A stretch of 53,739 nt of DNA. It comes from a virus (Duplodnaviria; Caudoviricetes). The translations under genes were made by a program, and so were the position numbers. The notes under the pieces were generated by a model. That model saw nothing but the letters and a program-made list of their open reading frames with translations. It did not search any database and was not told where the DNA came from. Shown in pieces: positions 52,899 to 53,739 of the stretch (its first letter is position 1; each line of letters begins with the position of its first letter). Location: IMG/VR virus record IMGVR_UViG_3300048896_000074, positions 1 through 53,739 of that record; one strand, given 5' to 3'.

Positions 52899-53110
52899 CC
52901 CGCGACGAGGCCCGAGCCATCCTTCGCCGCGCGAACGCTCTTTGGCGAGATTTCCATGCCCTGCCCTCGGCGGACGTCGAGACCTTAATTGCCGAGGCGG
53001 ACCGTCTCCACTACCGAGCGCCGAAGAACGCCAACGGCTCGCGGGCGCGAATGTTCTGCCAGTTCCTGCAGCGCCGCGCCGGGACGACCGCTCTAGCGGA
53101 CTTGGACTAG
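52895..53110 (+). CDS. hypothetical protein
   Basis: ATGA coupling; DFHAL.S..V......YRAPKNANGSRAR.F. Confidence 0.65.
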   Translation: MTRDEARAILRRANALWRDFHALPSADVETLIAEADRLHYRAPKNANGSRARMFCQFLQRRAGTTALADLD

Positions 53111-53548
53111 GCGCATCCCGTACTCGTTGGGGCCCGAGGCGATCTCCGTCTCGGGCCTTCTGATGAGCCGATTGTTCCGAAACGGCGTGTAATCGACGTG
53201 GTGGTGCGCTCGGCCGAACCGCATCGCTAGCTTCGCGACGTCGGGATGCATCTCGACGAGCATCCGCGACTTCGGCAGCGTCCCTTCCTTCGCGTAGAAC
53301 TCGGCCGTGTTTCCGCCGCCGAGGGTCTGCGTCTGCATTTTCTCCTGTAGGAAGGCGTTGAATAGGACCGTGCAAAACCCCGCCTTGAGCATCCGCAGCG
53401 AGAGGTCGGTGTCCTCGTTGTACCGCCCGCGCCAACGGAAGGGCACGTCGTTGCGGATCAGGTTGCAGGAGTAGATGCGCGTGTTCGCCGTGAACGGCGC
53501 CGCTTTCGATTTGCGCGACGCGAACATGAAGTAGTTGGGCCCGGCCAT
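53093..53548 (-). pseudogene. C-terminal half of a GREB1-like/TET-associated glycosyltransferase
   Basis: AGPNY, NTRIYSC.LI, WRGRYNEDTDLSLR.LK.G.CT, K..TQT..GGNT; the N-terminal DxD-containing half is absent. Confidence 0.7.
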
Positions 53549-53552
53549 CGCG

Positions 53553-53738
53553 AAGAACCGGGCTTGTCCAACCGAACTCGCGCATCGAGGCGGCGATCTG
53601 CGATACCTGCTCCGGCGAGTGCGTTCGCGCGTTCCTGGCGTAGGGAACGAGCTTCGAGACCGGCCAGCGCTCGATCTTGTCGGCCGGCCAGGCTACGGGT
53701 TGACCCCTACTGCGTTTTTCGCGGCGTTGTGTCCGTAG
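53553..53738 (-). pseudogene. N-terminal fragment of a ParB/Srx-like protein
   Basis: WPADKIERWPVSKLVPYARNARTHSPEQVSQIAASMREFGWTSPVL, then similarity stops before the expected IIAGHGR; frame is open to the window edge. Confidence 0.75.
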
Positions 53739-53739
53739 C

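Noticed and set aside
52893-53585. 230-aa minus-strand ORF starting MREFGWTSPVL
   Set aside because: Only the first 11 residues are ParB-like; the rest is out-of-frame read-through across the deletion junction

Overview
The window is a near-complete genome of a high-GC, long-tailed (siphovirus-type), HK97-fold bacteriophage. The host is most likely an alphaproteobacterium (Caulobacterales/Rhizobiales-like), judged from two GcrA homologues, a CtrA-like winged-helix protein and GTA-like tail genes. The layout is lambdoid. A minus-strand replication/regulation arm (about 0-10.2 kb) carries four regulators, three DNA methyltransferases, RusA, a DUF1376 initiator, a split Twinkle/T7-type primase-helicase and a packaging HNH. 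A divergent promoter sits at about 10.27 kb, followed by a plus-strand early arm (RecE-like nuclease, Sak4-like ATPase, HerA-like ATPase, a fourth methyltransferase). A minus-strand late arm (18.4-52.5 kb) holds terminase, head, tail, two tailspikes and lysis genes. No integrase or CI-type repressor was recognised. Main points of interest: (1) a roughly 10 kb block between the head-tail connector and head-closure genes encodes four glycosyltransferase-like proteins, GalE, two SAM methyltransferases, a Maf/DUF115-like protein with an apparent ATA start, and three signal-peptide-bearing Ser/Thr-rich proteins, while virion proteins carry recurring (G/D)xSP motifs; this is a candidate virion or surface glycosylation system. 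(2) Two free-standing endonucleases appear to have inserted without damage by duplicating and recoding their target: one at the MT-A70 5' end, and one that separated the overlapping spanin genes. (3) The primase zinc-binding domain is a separate gene. (4) A ParB/GREB1-like deletion junction lies at the right end. All family calls are from motif recognition, not database searches.
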